DNA of 64,000 nucleotides from Rickettsiales bacterium (ex Bugula neritina AB1) (GTDB lineage Bacteria; Pseudomonadota; Alphaproteobacteria; CAJXXZ01; UBA1459): NCBI GenBank assembly GCA_001730065.1, contig MDLE01000006.1, positions 4,041 to 68,040 of the forward strand, read 5' to 3'. Shown piece by piece: positions 1 to 10,990 of this stretch (position 1 is its first letter; each line of letters starts with the position of its first letter). The notes under the pieces were generated by a model. It saw only the letters and a program-made list of their open reading frames with translations, ran no database searches and was not told where the DNA came from. The position numbers and the translations under genes were made by a program.

Positions 1-1220
1 TTCATATATTTTTTTATTTCTTCTTCTTTTAAATATATTCCTTGTTTTTTCCAATAATCTAAAGAAAATTGTATAGGTAATCCATAGGTTTCTTGAAGTT
101 TAAATATTGTTTCTTCATTAATATTTGAGGATGTATAAGTTTCTAATTTTTTAAAACCTCTTTCAAGAGATTTAATGAATATCAGCTCCTCTTCTTTTAT
201 GATTTTTATTATTGCATCAATATTTTTAAATTGATAATCATGTTTATATATATTAATAATAAATTCTACAAAATTATATAATACAGGATCCTTAGTATTT
301 CCGTATGTAAATGCACGACGTAAAATTTTACGAAGTACATATCCATGACCTTCATTAGAAGGTATAATATTTTCATTAATAATAAATACAGCTGTACGTA
401 TATGATCTCCGATAATACGTGCTTTATTATTTTGTATATTTAAATCGTTTTGTATTTTACTTATAAATTCTTTTAAAATAGATGTTTTATAAATATCATT
501 AACACCCTCTAAAATTGCTAATATTCGTTCTAGCCCCATACCTGTATCAATACAAATATTAGGTAAAGGTACTAGGCCATTAGGGGTACGATCATATTCC
601 ATAAATACTATATTCCAAATTTCCACATATGAAGAAATTTCTTCTTTTAAGGAAATTTCAAAATCTTTCTCATTTCCAATATTATTACCTGTATAATAAT
701 ATATTTCCGTACAAGGTCCTGAAGGGCCTAATTCTCCCATACTCCAAAAATTATCATTATCTTTAATTTTTAAAATTGGTTGTTGTGTTATTAAACGCCA
801 AATATTATAAGCTTCTTCATCCTCATGATAAACTGTAATAAATAAATTTTTTTCCTTTAGTTTTAAAATTTTTGTAAGAAATTCATATGCATATTCTATT
901 GCTTCTTTTTTTCCATAATCATCAAAAGAAAAACTTCCCATCATCTCAAAAAATGTTACATGCCTTAATGTTTTACCAATATTATCAATATCATTATGTT
1001 TACCACCTAATCTTATACAAGGTTGTATATTTGTTATTCTTTTTGCGAGTGGTTTTTCTTCTTTTTTAAAATATTTAATAAACTGCATCATACCAGAATT
1101 TGTAAAAAGAACAGCCGTAGAATCTTTAGGAATTAAACTACTAGCTTTTATTTGAACATGTTGTTTTTTTACAAAAAATGCAATAAAATTTTTTTTTAAT
1201 TCATGATAATTTTTTAACAT
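1..1220 (-). CDS. alaS: alanine--tRNA ligase, N-terminal part (runs off window start)
   Basis: The minus frame is open from the window edge to an ATG at 1218-1220. My translation reads MLKNYHELKKNFIAFFVKKQHVQIKASSLIP..LFTNSGMMQF..GGKHNDIDNIG..FFEMMGSFSF, which matches the AlaRS catalytic core. It is absent from the ORF track because it is partial. Confidence 0.85.
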   Translation of the reverse strand, partial: MLKNYHELKKNFIAFFVKKQHVQIKASSLIPKDSTAVLFTNSGMMQFIKYFKKEEKPLAKRITNIQPCIRLGGKHNDIDNIGKTLRHVTFFEMMGSFSFDDYGKKEAIEYAYEFLTKILKLKEKNLFITVYHEDEEAYNIWRLITQQPILKIKDNDNFWSMGELGPSGPCTEIYYYTGNNIGNEKDFEISLKEEISSYVEIWNIVFMEYDRTPNGLVPLPNICIDTGMGLERILAILEGVNDIYKTSILKEFISKIQNDLNIQNNKARIIGDHIRTAVFIINENIIPSNEGHGYVLRKILRRAFTYGNTKDPVLYNFVEFIINIYKHDYQFKNIDAIIKIIKEEELIFIKSLERGFKKLETYTSSNINEETIFKLQETYGLPIQFSLDYWKKQGIYLKEEEIKKYM

Positions 1221-1260
1221 CTATAATAATATTATACAGTAAAAATATATTCTTAATATA

Positions 1261-1385
1261 TTTTATAAAAATAAAAAAATGGCATAATAATTATTAAAGA
1301 TAGTATAAATTTATTAATGATTATTATTTGTTTGTAGATTATCTATATGTATTTGTATTATTAATATCATTATAATAAACATGTT
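1261..1385 (-). pseudogene. relic of a TM-tail-coding 3' gene end, homologous to 2921-3120
   Basis: Shared DNA blocks with 2921-3120 (ataattattaaagatagtataa, ttgtagattatc..tatat, gtattattaatat), interrupted by deletions. The minus-strand translation DINNTNTYIDNLQTNNNH** then breaks. Confidence 0.45.
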
Positions 1386-1392
1386 AAATTTA

Positions 1393-2868
<1,476 letters not shown>

Positions 2869-2894
2869 TATATATATTAATTATATATTATATA

Positions 2895-3660
2895 TTATAT
2901 AATGTTTTCATCATTTATTTTATTTTTATAAAATAAATTCAGTAAATGATTATAGAATGAATGATAAATAAAAGCTAATAGAGAAGGAATAACAATTATT
3001 AAAGATAGTATAATATAGATAAATATATTACTATTTTTTATATTATTATTATTTATTTCTAGATTATCATCTATATTTTCATTATCATCTATGTTTGTAT
3101 TATTAATATTATTATCAAAATCTCCTTCTTTAAAAATATCATTATATTTATTTTACAATATTGATAATTTAACTATTATTGTCCTTCTGAACATCATTAT
3201 TAAATTTTAAAACTAATTCTAAAGATTTCATTATTGCATCTTTACTATTTTGTTATGTATCAACATTTAGATTTGGTATTAATTTTTTATTTTTTTTAAT
3301 AACTTTTTAAAATTAGTTATGACATTATCTATTTTATATAATGGATGATTATTTTATAAAAACAAAAGATCAAAAAAATCTTTAAATAAGAATTCATTTA
3401 TGCGTAATATTTTTTAAATATCTTTTTTCACATATTTATCTTTTATCAATTTTGTCAAATATATTATAATATTACTTTTAATATCTTTACCTTCACTTAT
3501 ATATGTATTATTGTTATTTAATGTATTTGATAATTCATTTGTTATCTCAGAATATTTTTTTATTTTTATTTCTGGTTTTTCTTTGATGATTTGGTTTTTT
3601 TAACACTCGAATAAATTAAAAATATAAAAGAAAATATATATACATTTAATACTCTTTATG
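2895..3660 (-). pseudogene. degraded paralog of a signal-peptide plus C-terminal TM-anchor surface protein
   Basis: About 850 bp here has no track ORF in an otherwise compact genome. Minus translation gives a signal-like start (MYIYFLLYF, frameshift, IFSFIFLIYSSVKKNQ) and several in-frame stops. An intact 86-codon tail follows (..DFDNNINNTNIDDNENIDDNLEINNNN..IFIYIILSLIIVIPSLLAFIYHSFYN..*), with its stop at 2895-2897. Confidence 0.6.
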
Positions 3661-3754
3661 AGATGATTATAACATTAAAATATTATAAAGAAATTAATTA
3701 TATAATTTACAAATTTAATAACACCTAAAAAGATTCTTTGATATATTAAATTTA

Positions 3755-4612
3755 GTGAGTATATTAGATTTAAAACATTTTACCTGGTTTAAAACAGGTG
3801 GAAAACCACTAGGTTATTTTCGTCCTAATAATATTAATGAATTATGTAATTTTATTGCCAAGAAAAATAAAGAAAATATACCTATTCTATTTTTAGGTAA
3901 TGGTTCTAATGTAATTATTCGAGATGGTGGTATTAATGCTTTTGTAATAAGAACTAGTAATTGTTTAAAAAAAATATCTTTAATCGATGAAAATACTATA
4001 GAAGCAGAGGCGGGTGTACAAGATAGATTTCTAGCGGATTTCGCCCTTCAAAACTCTTTATCAGGTTTTGAATATTTACACACTATTCCTGGTACAGTAG
4101 GGGGTGCTATTAAAATGAATAGTGGTTGTTATAATCAAGAAACAAAAGATATTATATTTGAAGTACATTGTATTAATGAAAGAGGAGAAATTATTATTTT
4201 AAATAATAAAGAATGTGGATTTTCTTATCGTTATTCTAATATTCCTAATAATTGGATAATAATAAAAGGTATTTTTAAGGGTATAAAAAAAAATAAGCAA
4301 GATATTTTAAAAAAAATGGAAAATTTTGAAAAACAAAGAAATGCAACTCAACCTATAGGTAGTAGAACGGCAGGTAGTACTTTTAAAAATCCATTACCCC
4401 TAAAAGCTTGGGAACTTATTAAATCTTCTAATGCCCATGAGATAACTTGTGGAGATGCCGTTATATCTTCCTTGCATAATAATTTTATGATTAATAAAAA
4501 TAATGCTACATCATTAGATTTAGAAACTTTAGGTAACAAAATTATAGAAAAAGTGTTTGAAAAATATAAAATAAAATTAGAATGGGAAATACATATTTTT
4601 GGGGAAAAATAG
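3755..4612 (+). CDS. murB: UDP-N-acetylenolpyruvoylglucosamine reductase
   Basis: FTWFKTGGKP, LGNGSNVIIRDGG and TIPGTVGGAIKMNSGCY motifs. GTG start. Confidence 0.9.
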   Translation: MSILDLKHFTWFKTGGKPLGYFRPNNINELCNFIAKKNKENIPILFLGNGSNVIIRDGGINAFVIRTSNCLKKISLIDENTIEAEAGVQDRFLADFALQNSLSGFEYLHTIPGTVGGAIKMNSGCYNQETKDIIFEVHCINERGEIIILNNKECGFSYRYSNIPNNWIIIKGIFKGIKKNKQDILKKMENFEKQRNATQPIGSRTAGSTFKNPLPLKAWELIKSSNAHEITCGDAVISSLHNNFMINKNNATSLDLETLGNKIIEKVFEKYKIKLEWEIHIFGEK

Positions 4613-4628
4613 ATATTTAATTAATAAA

Positions 4629-4931
4629 TTAAGATTTTTTTTTCATTTTTTTTTCGTGTTTAATAATTCTTCTTCTTAATTGTAAAGCTAAAAAAGACAA
4701 TTCTTTTGTAGGAAACATTTTTAAAAAATTAACAATTCCACTATATTTATAAATAGTTTTTTCAGTACTAGTAGCAATACGTAAAGAAAAATTACCTAGT
4801 TCTTTTGTTTTAAACTTTTTAACTTTTAAATTAGGATTGAAAACTCTTTTTTCAACACCACTAATATTTTTTCTTATTTCACTAATTCTACAACCAACTA
4901 CAGATCTTTTATGGGTTAAATCACATTTCAT
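4629..4931 (-). CDS. rpmB: 50S ribosomal protein L28
   Basis: MKCDLTHKRSVVG..RVFNPNLKVKKF..LRIATS matches the alphaproteobacterial long L28 pattern. Confidence 0.8.
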   Translation of the reverse strand: MKCDLTHKRSVVGCRISEIRKNISGVEKRVFNPNLKVKKFKTKELGNFSLRIATSTEKTIYKYSGIVNFLKMFPTKELSFLALQLRRRIIKHEKKMKKKS

Positions 4932-4968
4932 ATTATTAATTCTATCATGTTTTAAATAAAAAATAACT

Positions 4969-6810
4969 TTAAAATTTTAAAATCTTTGCAAAAATACTTG
5001 GTTTTAAATCAATAGAAGATATATTTAACATTTTTTTTTTACCTTCCTTTTGCTTTTTTAATAATTTCATCTTACGAGTTATATCACCACCTGAACATTT
5101 AGCTAACATGTTTTTTGCATAAGGGCTAATTTTCTCACTAGCAATTATCTTACCATTTAATGCTGCTTGAATACGTATTTCTACCTGTTGACGATCTAGG
5201 TTTTCCTTTAAAGCTAAACATCTATTACGAGCTACAGATTCTACCTTATTTGCTTCTACAAGTGTTGCTAATTCTGGAATAATTTCATTATTGACATAAA
5301 AATCTAATTTTAAAATTTTACTTACTTTAAAAGTATCAAATTCATATGTATAAGAAGCATATCCTTTAGAAATAGATTTGATTTTATCTTGAAAATCTAC
5401 AATAATTTCCCCTAATGGTATTATAAAATCTATTAAAATTTTATCTTTAACAAATGATTCACTAATATACTCACTTCTTCTTGCAAATGTTAGTACTTTT
5501 AAGGGACCTACATACTCCTGTGGTGTGAATATTGTTAATTTTACCCATGGTTCTTTTATATAATCAATTTTATCAGGTTTAGGTAATTCATTAGCATTTT
5601 TTATCAAAATCATTTCTTTATTTTTTAAAAAAACCTCATAAGTAACATTTGGAATAGTAGGAATAAACTCAAGATTAAATTCACGAATTAATCGTTCTTG
5701 AAGTATTTCCATATGTAAAGACCCTAGAAAACCACAACGAAATCCCATACCAAATATATGAGATTTCTCCTTCTCAAAAACAAATGAAGAATCACTAAGA
5801 TATAGTTTTTCTAAGCATTTTAAAGCGCTTTCATAATTATTTTGATCTGTAGGATATATAGAAGAAAATACCACAGGTAGTGTATTTTCAAATCCTGGTA
5901 ATGCTTTTACACTTTCTGCTATTTCTTCCTCCACAAGTGTATCACCTATTTTAATTAATGAAGGATTTTTAATACCTGTTACAAGATATCCTATTTCTCC
6001 TGAATTTAGAATAGAAGTTTCCTCTAAGAGGTTTTTCTTATACCCAAATTTTGTGGAAGAAATAGTAATATTTGTTTGTTTTGTTTTTAAATTTTGATTT
6101 TTTTTTAAGATTCCATCTTTTATACGTATTAAAACAATAACACCTAAATAATTATCATACCAGGAATCAAATATTAGGATTCTTAAAGGTTTATGGTTGT
6201 TATTCTCAGGAGGAGGGCCATTATTAATAATATCTATAAGAACTTCTTCTACACCCGTACCATTTTTTGCGGAAATTAAATAATATTTTTGAAGAGAAAA
6301 AACATTATCTAATTCTTCTATACATTTTTCTATATTTGCTAATGGAGAATCAATTTTATTAATAACAGGAATAATTTGATGCCCTAACTCTAAAGCATTA
6401 TAAAAATTACTTACGGTTTGAGCTTCAATACCTTTTGTAGCATCAATTAATAGCAAAGAAATTTCACAAGCTCTACTAGTTTTTTTTACTTCATTATTAA
6501 AATCTACATGCCCTGGTGTATCCACTAAATTTAGTTGATAATTTTTTTTATTATATTCTGTATTTAAGCAAATAGTTTGTGCTTTAATAGTAATACCTTT
6601 TTCTTTTTCTAAATCCATAGAGTCAAGAACACGATCTTTCATTTCTCTTTTACTTATACCACCACATATTTCAATTATTCTATCGGATAAAGTAGATTTT
6701 CCATGATCTATGTGAGCAATAATTGTAAAATTCCTAATATTTTCTGTAGGTATAGAAGAGGAATTTATAGATTTATTTAATTTGTTAGAATCTTTCATTT
6801 TCATCACCAC
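4969..6810 (-). CDS. lepA: translation elongation factor 4
   Basis: IRNFTIIAHIDHGKSTLSDR, LVDTPGHVDF, and a C-terminal LepA domain. The first Met overlaps the hsp20 stop, so the true start may be a few codons downstream. Confidence 0.95.
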   Translation of the reverse strand: MVMKMKDSNKLNKSINSSSIPTENIRNFTIIAHIDHGKSTLSDRIIEICGGISKREMKDRVLDSMDLEKEKGITIKAQTICLNTEYNKKNYQLNLVDTPGHVDFNNEVKKTSRACEISLLLIDATKGIEAQTVSNFYNALELGHQIIPVINKIDSPLANIEKCIEELDNVFSLQKYYLISAKNGTGVEEVLIDIINNGPPPENNNHKPLRILIFDSWYDNYLGVIVLIRIKDGILKKNQNLKTKQTNITISSTKFGYKKNLLEETSILNSGEIGYLVTGIKNPSLIKIGDTLVEEEIAESVKALPGFENTLPVVFSSIYPTDQNNYESALKCLEKLYLSDSSFVFEKEKSHIFGMGFRCGFLGSLHMEILQERLIREFNLEFIPTIPNVTYEVFLKNKEMILIKNANELPKPDKIDYIKEPWVKLTIFTPQEYVGPLKVLTFARRSEYISESFVKDKILIDFIIPLGEIIVDFQDKIKSISKGYASYTYEFDTFKVSKILKLDFYVNNEIIPELATLVEANKVESVARNRCLALKENLDRQQVEIRIQAALNGKIIASEKISPYAKNMLAKCSGGDITRKMKLLKKQKEGKKKMLNISSIDLKPSIFAKILKF

Positions 6811-7276
6811 TTCTAATAAATATTTTCTGTATATTTTTATTAATAGAAGGAATATATACAGATATTTTTAATAAACCATTTGTATATACAGCATCTAAAA
6901 TTTTTGCTCCTTCTCCAAGAAAAAAGTTTCTTTTAGCACTTCTAAATGCAATACCTTTTTTTAAATATATTTTATTACTTTCGTCATTTTTTTTATTAAT
7001 ATTAATTATTAATTCTAAACCCGTAAATTCAATATCTATTTGTTGTTTTTCAAAACCCGCAAGTGCCATTTGTATTTCTACTTGTTCATCATTAATTTTT
7101 TCAATATTTGTAGGAGGATAATTAATTTCATCACCTATATAAACTAATTTTTCTAAAATATTATGAAAACCTTCTAAAATGTCCATTCTTTTTTTCATTT
7201 CTTGAAGCCATTCATTCAAATAATTTGAAGACATATTAATTATATTTATATCATATAAATGATAAATTTTCTCCAT
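6785..7276 (-). CDS. small heat shock protein, Hsp20/IbpA family
   Basis: Alpha-crystallin core: YPPTNIEKINDEQVEIQMALAGFEKQQIDIE...NGLLKISVYIP. Confidence 0.85.
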   Translation of the reverse strand: MEKIYHLYDINIINMSSNYLNEWLQEMKKRMDILEGFHNILEKLVYIGDEINYPPTNIEKINDEQVEIQMALAGFEKQQIDIEFTGLELIININKKNDESNKIYLKKGIAFRSAKRNFFLGEGAKILDAVYTNGLLKISVYIPSINKNIQKIFIRSGDENERF

Positions 7277-7287
7277 TTAAATTTTTA

Positions 7288-8151
7288 TTAATTTAATTCT
7301 AATTCTTCTATAATATCTATATATTCATTGTTTATATTATTTTCTTTATCTTTTATTACTTCTTCTAAAATTTCATTAAAATCTTTAGAATTAATCAATT
7401 CATTATTTAAAGGGAAGGCAATAAAAATATTTGTTGGTGTTTTGATTTTTCTTAATACATATTGAGATTTTTCTTCTTCCTGTAGTTTGTCATAAAAATC
7501 TAGAATAAATATATCATCACCAACAATTGCATCAAATTTATTATTTTTTATATTATCAAGTAATAAAAGTGAATTATTAATTTCTTTTATGGATGATTGT
7601 GGTAGGTTTTTTTGAATAATATTTTTAAATATACTACCATATTGAACACCGATAATAATATTACTAGATACATCTTCAATTTTATCTTTTTTAATCATTA
7701 ACAATACATCCCTAACAGAGATATATGAATTAGAAAATTTTAATTGTTGAGAACGTTCTTTAGTACTCATCAGTCCACCTGCTGCCACATGAAATTCTCT
7801 ATTAGTTATTCCCTGTAATAACACCTCAAAAGATAATATTGTATATTGAGTTTCATAACCCATTTTAGCAGCAATTTTTTCTAATATATTAATATCGATA
7901 CCTTTTGGTTTTCCATTATCAATATAACAAAAAGGTGGATAATCAGGGGAAATACAAATTTTCATTATACGATCTACATTTTTTTTATTATTTAAAGGTG
8001 AAAAATATATGGATAGTAATAAAATATTTGTAAAAACAATTATTAAAATCCATAAAAATTTTTTTAAATTAAGATGTTTATAAGAAAATGAAAGTATGAA
8101 CAATGTAAAAAAAACTGCTACTATTAGTTTTAAAGTTAATGATAATAACAT
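7288..8151 (-). CDS. membrane-anchored amino acid-binding protein (SBP family 3)
   Basis: N-terminal TM segments, then DYPPFCYIDNGKPKGIDINILEKIA...AAGGLMSTKERSQQLKFSNSY, which is typical of polar amino acid ABC binding proteins. Confidence 0.75.
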   Translation of the reverse strand: MLLSLTLKLIVAVFFTLFILSFSYKHLNLKKFLWILIIVFTNILLLSIYFSPLNNKKNVDRIMKICISPDYPPFCYIDNGKPKGIDINILEKIAAKMGYETQYTILSFEVLLQGITNREFHVAAGGLMSTKERSQQLKFSNSYISVRDVLLMIKKDKIEDVSSNIIIGVQYGSIFKNIIQKNLPQSSIKEINNSLLLLDNIKNNKFDAIVGDDIFILDFYDKLQEEEKSQYVLRKIKTPTNIFIAFPLNNELINSKDFNEILEEVIKDKENNINNEYIDIIEELELN

Positions 8152-8329
8152 AGATTTTATTTAAATATATACCATAAATATCTATAATATAATAGTAAAA
8201 CATCGTTATTAATTATTTCTATAATGGAAAGTTAGTCACCTAATTGACTTTAAGAAATTATTAAGAAAAAAAAAATTTATTTATAATAGATTTTCAATTC
8301 TATATAAATATTTATTTACTAGTATTTAT

Positions 8330-10249
8330 GTGATGAACGATAACATACAGCATAAAATAGGACGTGTAAGATCTCCTAGAGTTCAAATCACATATGACCT
8401 AGAAATGGATGGTGCCACCGTCAAAAAGGAATTACCTTGTGTTTTTGGTATAATAGGTGATTATTCAGGTGATCGTGAAGCAGAATCATTTGAAGATTAT
8501 AATGAACGTATTTTTGTTAATATAGATGGAGAAAATTTAAATTCCGTTTTAAAATCTTTTAAACCTAGATTAGAATTATCCATAAAAGATAAAGATACGG
8601 AAGATAACAAAGGTATTATATTACTTTTTGAAAATATGAAAGATTTCTATCCTTTAGAAATTGTAAAACGTGTGGATTTTTTAAATGAATTTTTTGAAAT
8701 AAAAAAATCTTTATCAGATTTACGTGTAAAGAGTGATATGAATCAAAAAATTAGTAAAGTTCTTGATAATTTTATAAATAATAAGGAAGAAGCAACTAAA
8801 ATTAAAACAGAAGCGGAAGCAGGAGAAGGAGAAAATCTAGAAAAAATATTTACGGATAATAATTTTGTTATAAATGATGATTACAAAGCTTATTACATCA
8901 AAATGATAAAAAACTATCTTGCATTTCTTGAAAAAGATACGGATAGTAGTAATCATATTGAAGTCATTAGTAAAGCAATTATTAAGTTAGAAGATGATAT
9001 TTCCTACTATTTAAATGAAATTTTACATCATCCAAAATTCCAAAAATTGGAAGGATCCTGGAGAGGTGTTGAATATTTAATGAAAAATCTTGAATTAAGT
9101 ACAAATCTTAAAGTACGTATTTTTAATGCAAATTTAGAGGAAATTTTTAATGATCTTACTACTTGTTTAGAATTTGATCAAAGTTATTTATTCAAAAAAA
9201 TTTATGAGGAAGAATATGGTACATTAGGAGGGTTACCTTACACTGCTATGATGATGGATAATAGTATTTCTCGTAAACAATCAGACATTATTTTACTAAA
9301 AAAAATTTCTGAAGTAATGGCGGCAGCTCATTGTCCATTATTTATGGGAACAGATCCTTCAATTTTTGATTTATCTTCTTTTAAGGATATTAATAAACCT
9401 ATAGATCTAAAAAAAGTATTTGAAAGTGAAGAGTTAGCGAGTTTAAGAAGTTTTAAATCTTCTGATGAATCTAAATATATTACACTACTATTACCACGTG
9501 TAATGGCACGTGTTCCTTATGGTTCAAAAACTATGAGTATACCAGATTTAAATTTTGAAGAATCTGTTACAGGATATAATGAAAATGAATATACATGGAT
9601 GAATCCTGCCTACGTATATCTTTGTAATGTAGGTCGTTCTTTTGCAAATTATAAATGGTTTACAAGTATATGCGGAGTAAACACAGGTGGTAAAGTAGAT
9701 AATTTACCTATACATATATATGAAACTAAAAACGGTGACAAAATAATGCAATGTCCTACAGAAATTTCTATTACTGATAGAAGAGAAAAGGAATTAGATG
9801 ATTTAGGTTTTGCAGCTTTATGTCATGCAAAAGGTGAAGCATATAGTGTTTTCTTTGGTGGTAAAAGTACTTATCAACCACCACTTTTTGATAAGGATTC
9901 CGCTAATGCTAATGCGGCTCTTTCCGCAAAAACACCTTATATATTATGTGCATCTCGTTTTGCACACTACGTAAAATGTATAATGCGTGATAAAATTGGA
10001 GAGTTTAATACTAAAGAAACAATTATTCAATATTTAAATAATTGGTTAACGGATTATATTCTTCTTAATAAAAATGGAAGTTATGAATCAAAATGTAAAT
10101 ATCCTTTGAGTGCTGGTAATGTAATAATTGATGATATACCAGGAAAACCAGGATATTACACGGGAACTGTATTTATAACACCTCATTTCCAAATGGAAGC
10201 AATAGAAATATCTATGCGTCTTGTAGCAGGAACATCTGCAAAAGCTTAA
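8330..10249 (+). CDS. tssBC: fused T6SS contractile sheath protein (TssB/VipA domain + TssC/VipB domain)
   Basis: The N-terminus carries the TssB signature RVQITYDLEMDGATVKKELPCVFGIIGDYSG. A short EAEAGEGEN linker follows. The TssC body has HHPKFQKLEGSWRGVEYL, LFKKIYEEEYGTLGGLPY and LLLPRVMARVPYG. It is one uninterrupted ORF. Confidence 0.85.
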   Translation: MMNDNIQHKIGRVRSPRVQITYDLEMDGATVKKELPCVFGIIGDYSGDREAESFEDYNERIFVNIDGENLNSVLKSFKPRLELSIKDKDTEDNKGIILLFENMKDFYPLEIVKRVDFLNEFFEIKKSLSDLRVKSDMNQKISKVLDNFINNKEEATKIKTEAEAGEGENLEKIFTDNNFVINDDYKAYYIKMIKNYLAFLEKDTDSSNHIEVISKAIIKLEDDISYYLNEILHHPKFQKLEGSWRGVEYLMKNLELSTNLKVRIFNANLEEIFNDLTTCLEFDQSYLFKKIYEEEYGTLGGLPYTAMMMDNSISRKQSDIILLKKISEVMAAAHCPLFMGTDPSIFDLSSFKDINKPIDLKKVFESEELASLRSFKSSDESKYITLLLPRVMARVPYGSKTMSIPDLNFEESVTGYNENEYTWMNPAYVYLCNVGRSFANYKWFTSICGVNTGGKVDNLPIHIYETKNGDKIMQCPTEISITDRREKELDDLGFAALCHAKGEAYSVFFGGKSTYQPPLFDKDSANANAALSAKTPYILCASRFAHYVKCIMRDKIGEFNTKETIIQYLNNWLTDYILLNKNGSYESKCKYPLSAGNVIIDDIPGKPGYYTGTVFITPHFQMEAIEISMRLVAGTSAKA

Positions 10250-10270
10250 TAATAAAGGAGAAAATATAAT

Positions 10271-10897
10271 ATGTCAACAAATGATTCAAATAATATTAGT
10301 AAGAAATCTTTAGAAGATGCTTATAGTAATTCTAGTAATTTACTAAATAATGGAGTACCTAGTCATCAAAGTACAAATACTTTTTTTAAATCTACATCAT
10401 TATGCCATGAGGAAAATAAATATCTTGGTAGTACTCATGTTTTACCTGTTTTTTTTACCTATTATGACACACTAACACCTGGTAACACATATGGTTCTGC
10501 TACTACAAAAGAACAAAATGCTCATGCATCTTTATACACAACTCCTGTTATTGTAGTATTAAACTTTGATAACAAAGCTTATCATGAAATAAGTAAATAT
10601 TTCTCTGACGGTACTTTAGCCAATAAAGATAATCTTTCTGAAGATGAGTTTAAATTTGTTACTTCCTGCCGTATGGGTACAGATGATGGAAAATTAAATC
10701 AATCTATTGTGGTTGTTTTTGGAGGTGTAAAAATTATAGGTTTAACTTTTAATATTATAACAAGTTTAATGCGTATGGTGTTTACTTATCGTCACATTAG
10801 TACTGATACAACTGGTTATGATCCAGCAGGTAAGAAAATTGGTCATAGTCATTCTAAATTTGATGTTAATGAAGGTTATGTAGCGGCTGGAGCTTAA
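10271..10897 (+). CDS. hcp: Hcp/TssD-like tube protein with N-terminal extension
   Basis: AGGAG lies 12-16 nt upstream of the ATG, and the gene starts 21 nt after the tssBC stop. The C-terminal pattern is Hcp-like (VVVFGGVKIIGL..MRMVFTYRHISTDTTGYDPAGKKIGHSHSKFDVNEG). The order sheath then hcp is canonical. Confidence 0.6.
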   Translation: MSTNDSNNISKKSLEDAYSNSSNLLNNGVPSHQSTNTFFKSTSLCHEENKYLGSTHVLPVFFTYYDTLTPGNTYGSATTKEQNAHASLYTTPVIVVLNFDNKAYHEISKYFSDGTLANKDNLSEDEFKFVTSCRMGTDDGKLNQSIVVVFGGVKIIGLTFNIITSLMRMVFTYRHISTDTTGYDPAGKKIGHSHSKFDVNEGYVAAGA

Positions 10898-10990
10898 ACT
10901 TAATACAATAATAAATAATAACATCTCATGGAATTTTTCTAGAAAATAATTGATTTATAAAAATTTATAGGATACTTTAATAAAAGTAGA

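Noticed and set aside
8244-8287. A sigma-70 promoter for tssBC, from TTGACT at 8244-8249 and TATAAT at 8282-8287.
   Set aside because: The spacing between the two hexamers is about 32 nt, far from the functional 16-18 nt. TATAAT-like strings are frequent by chance at this base composition.
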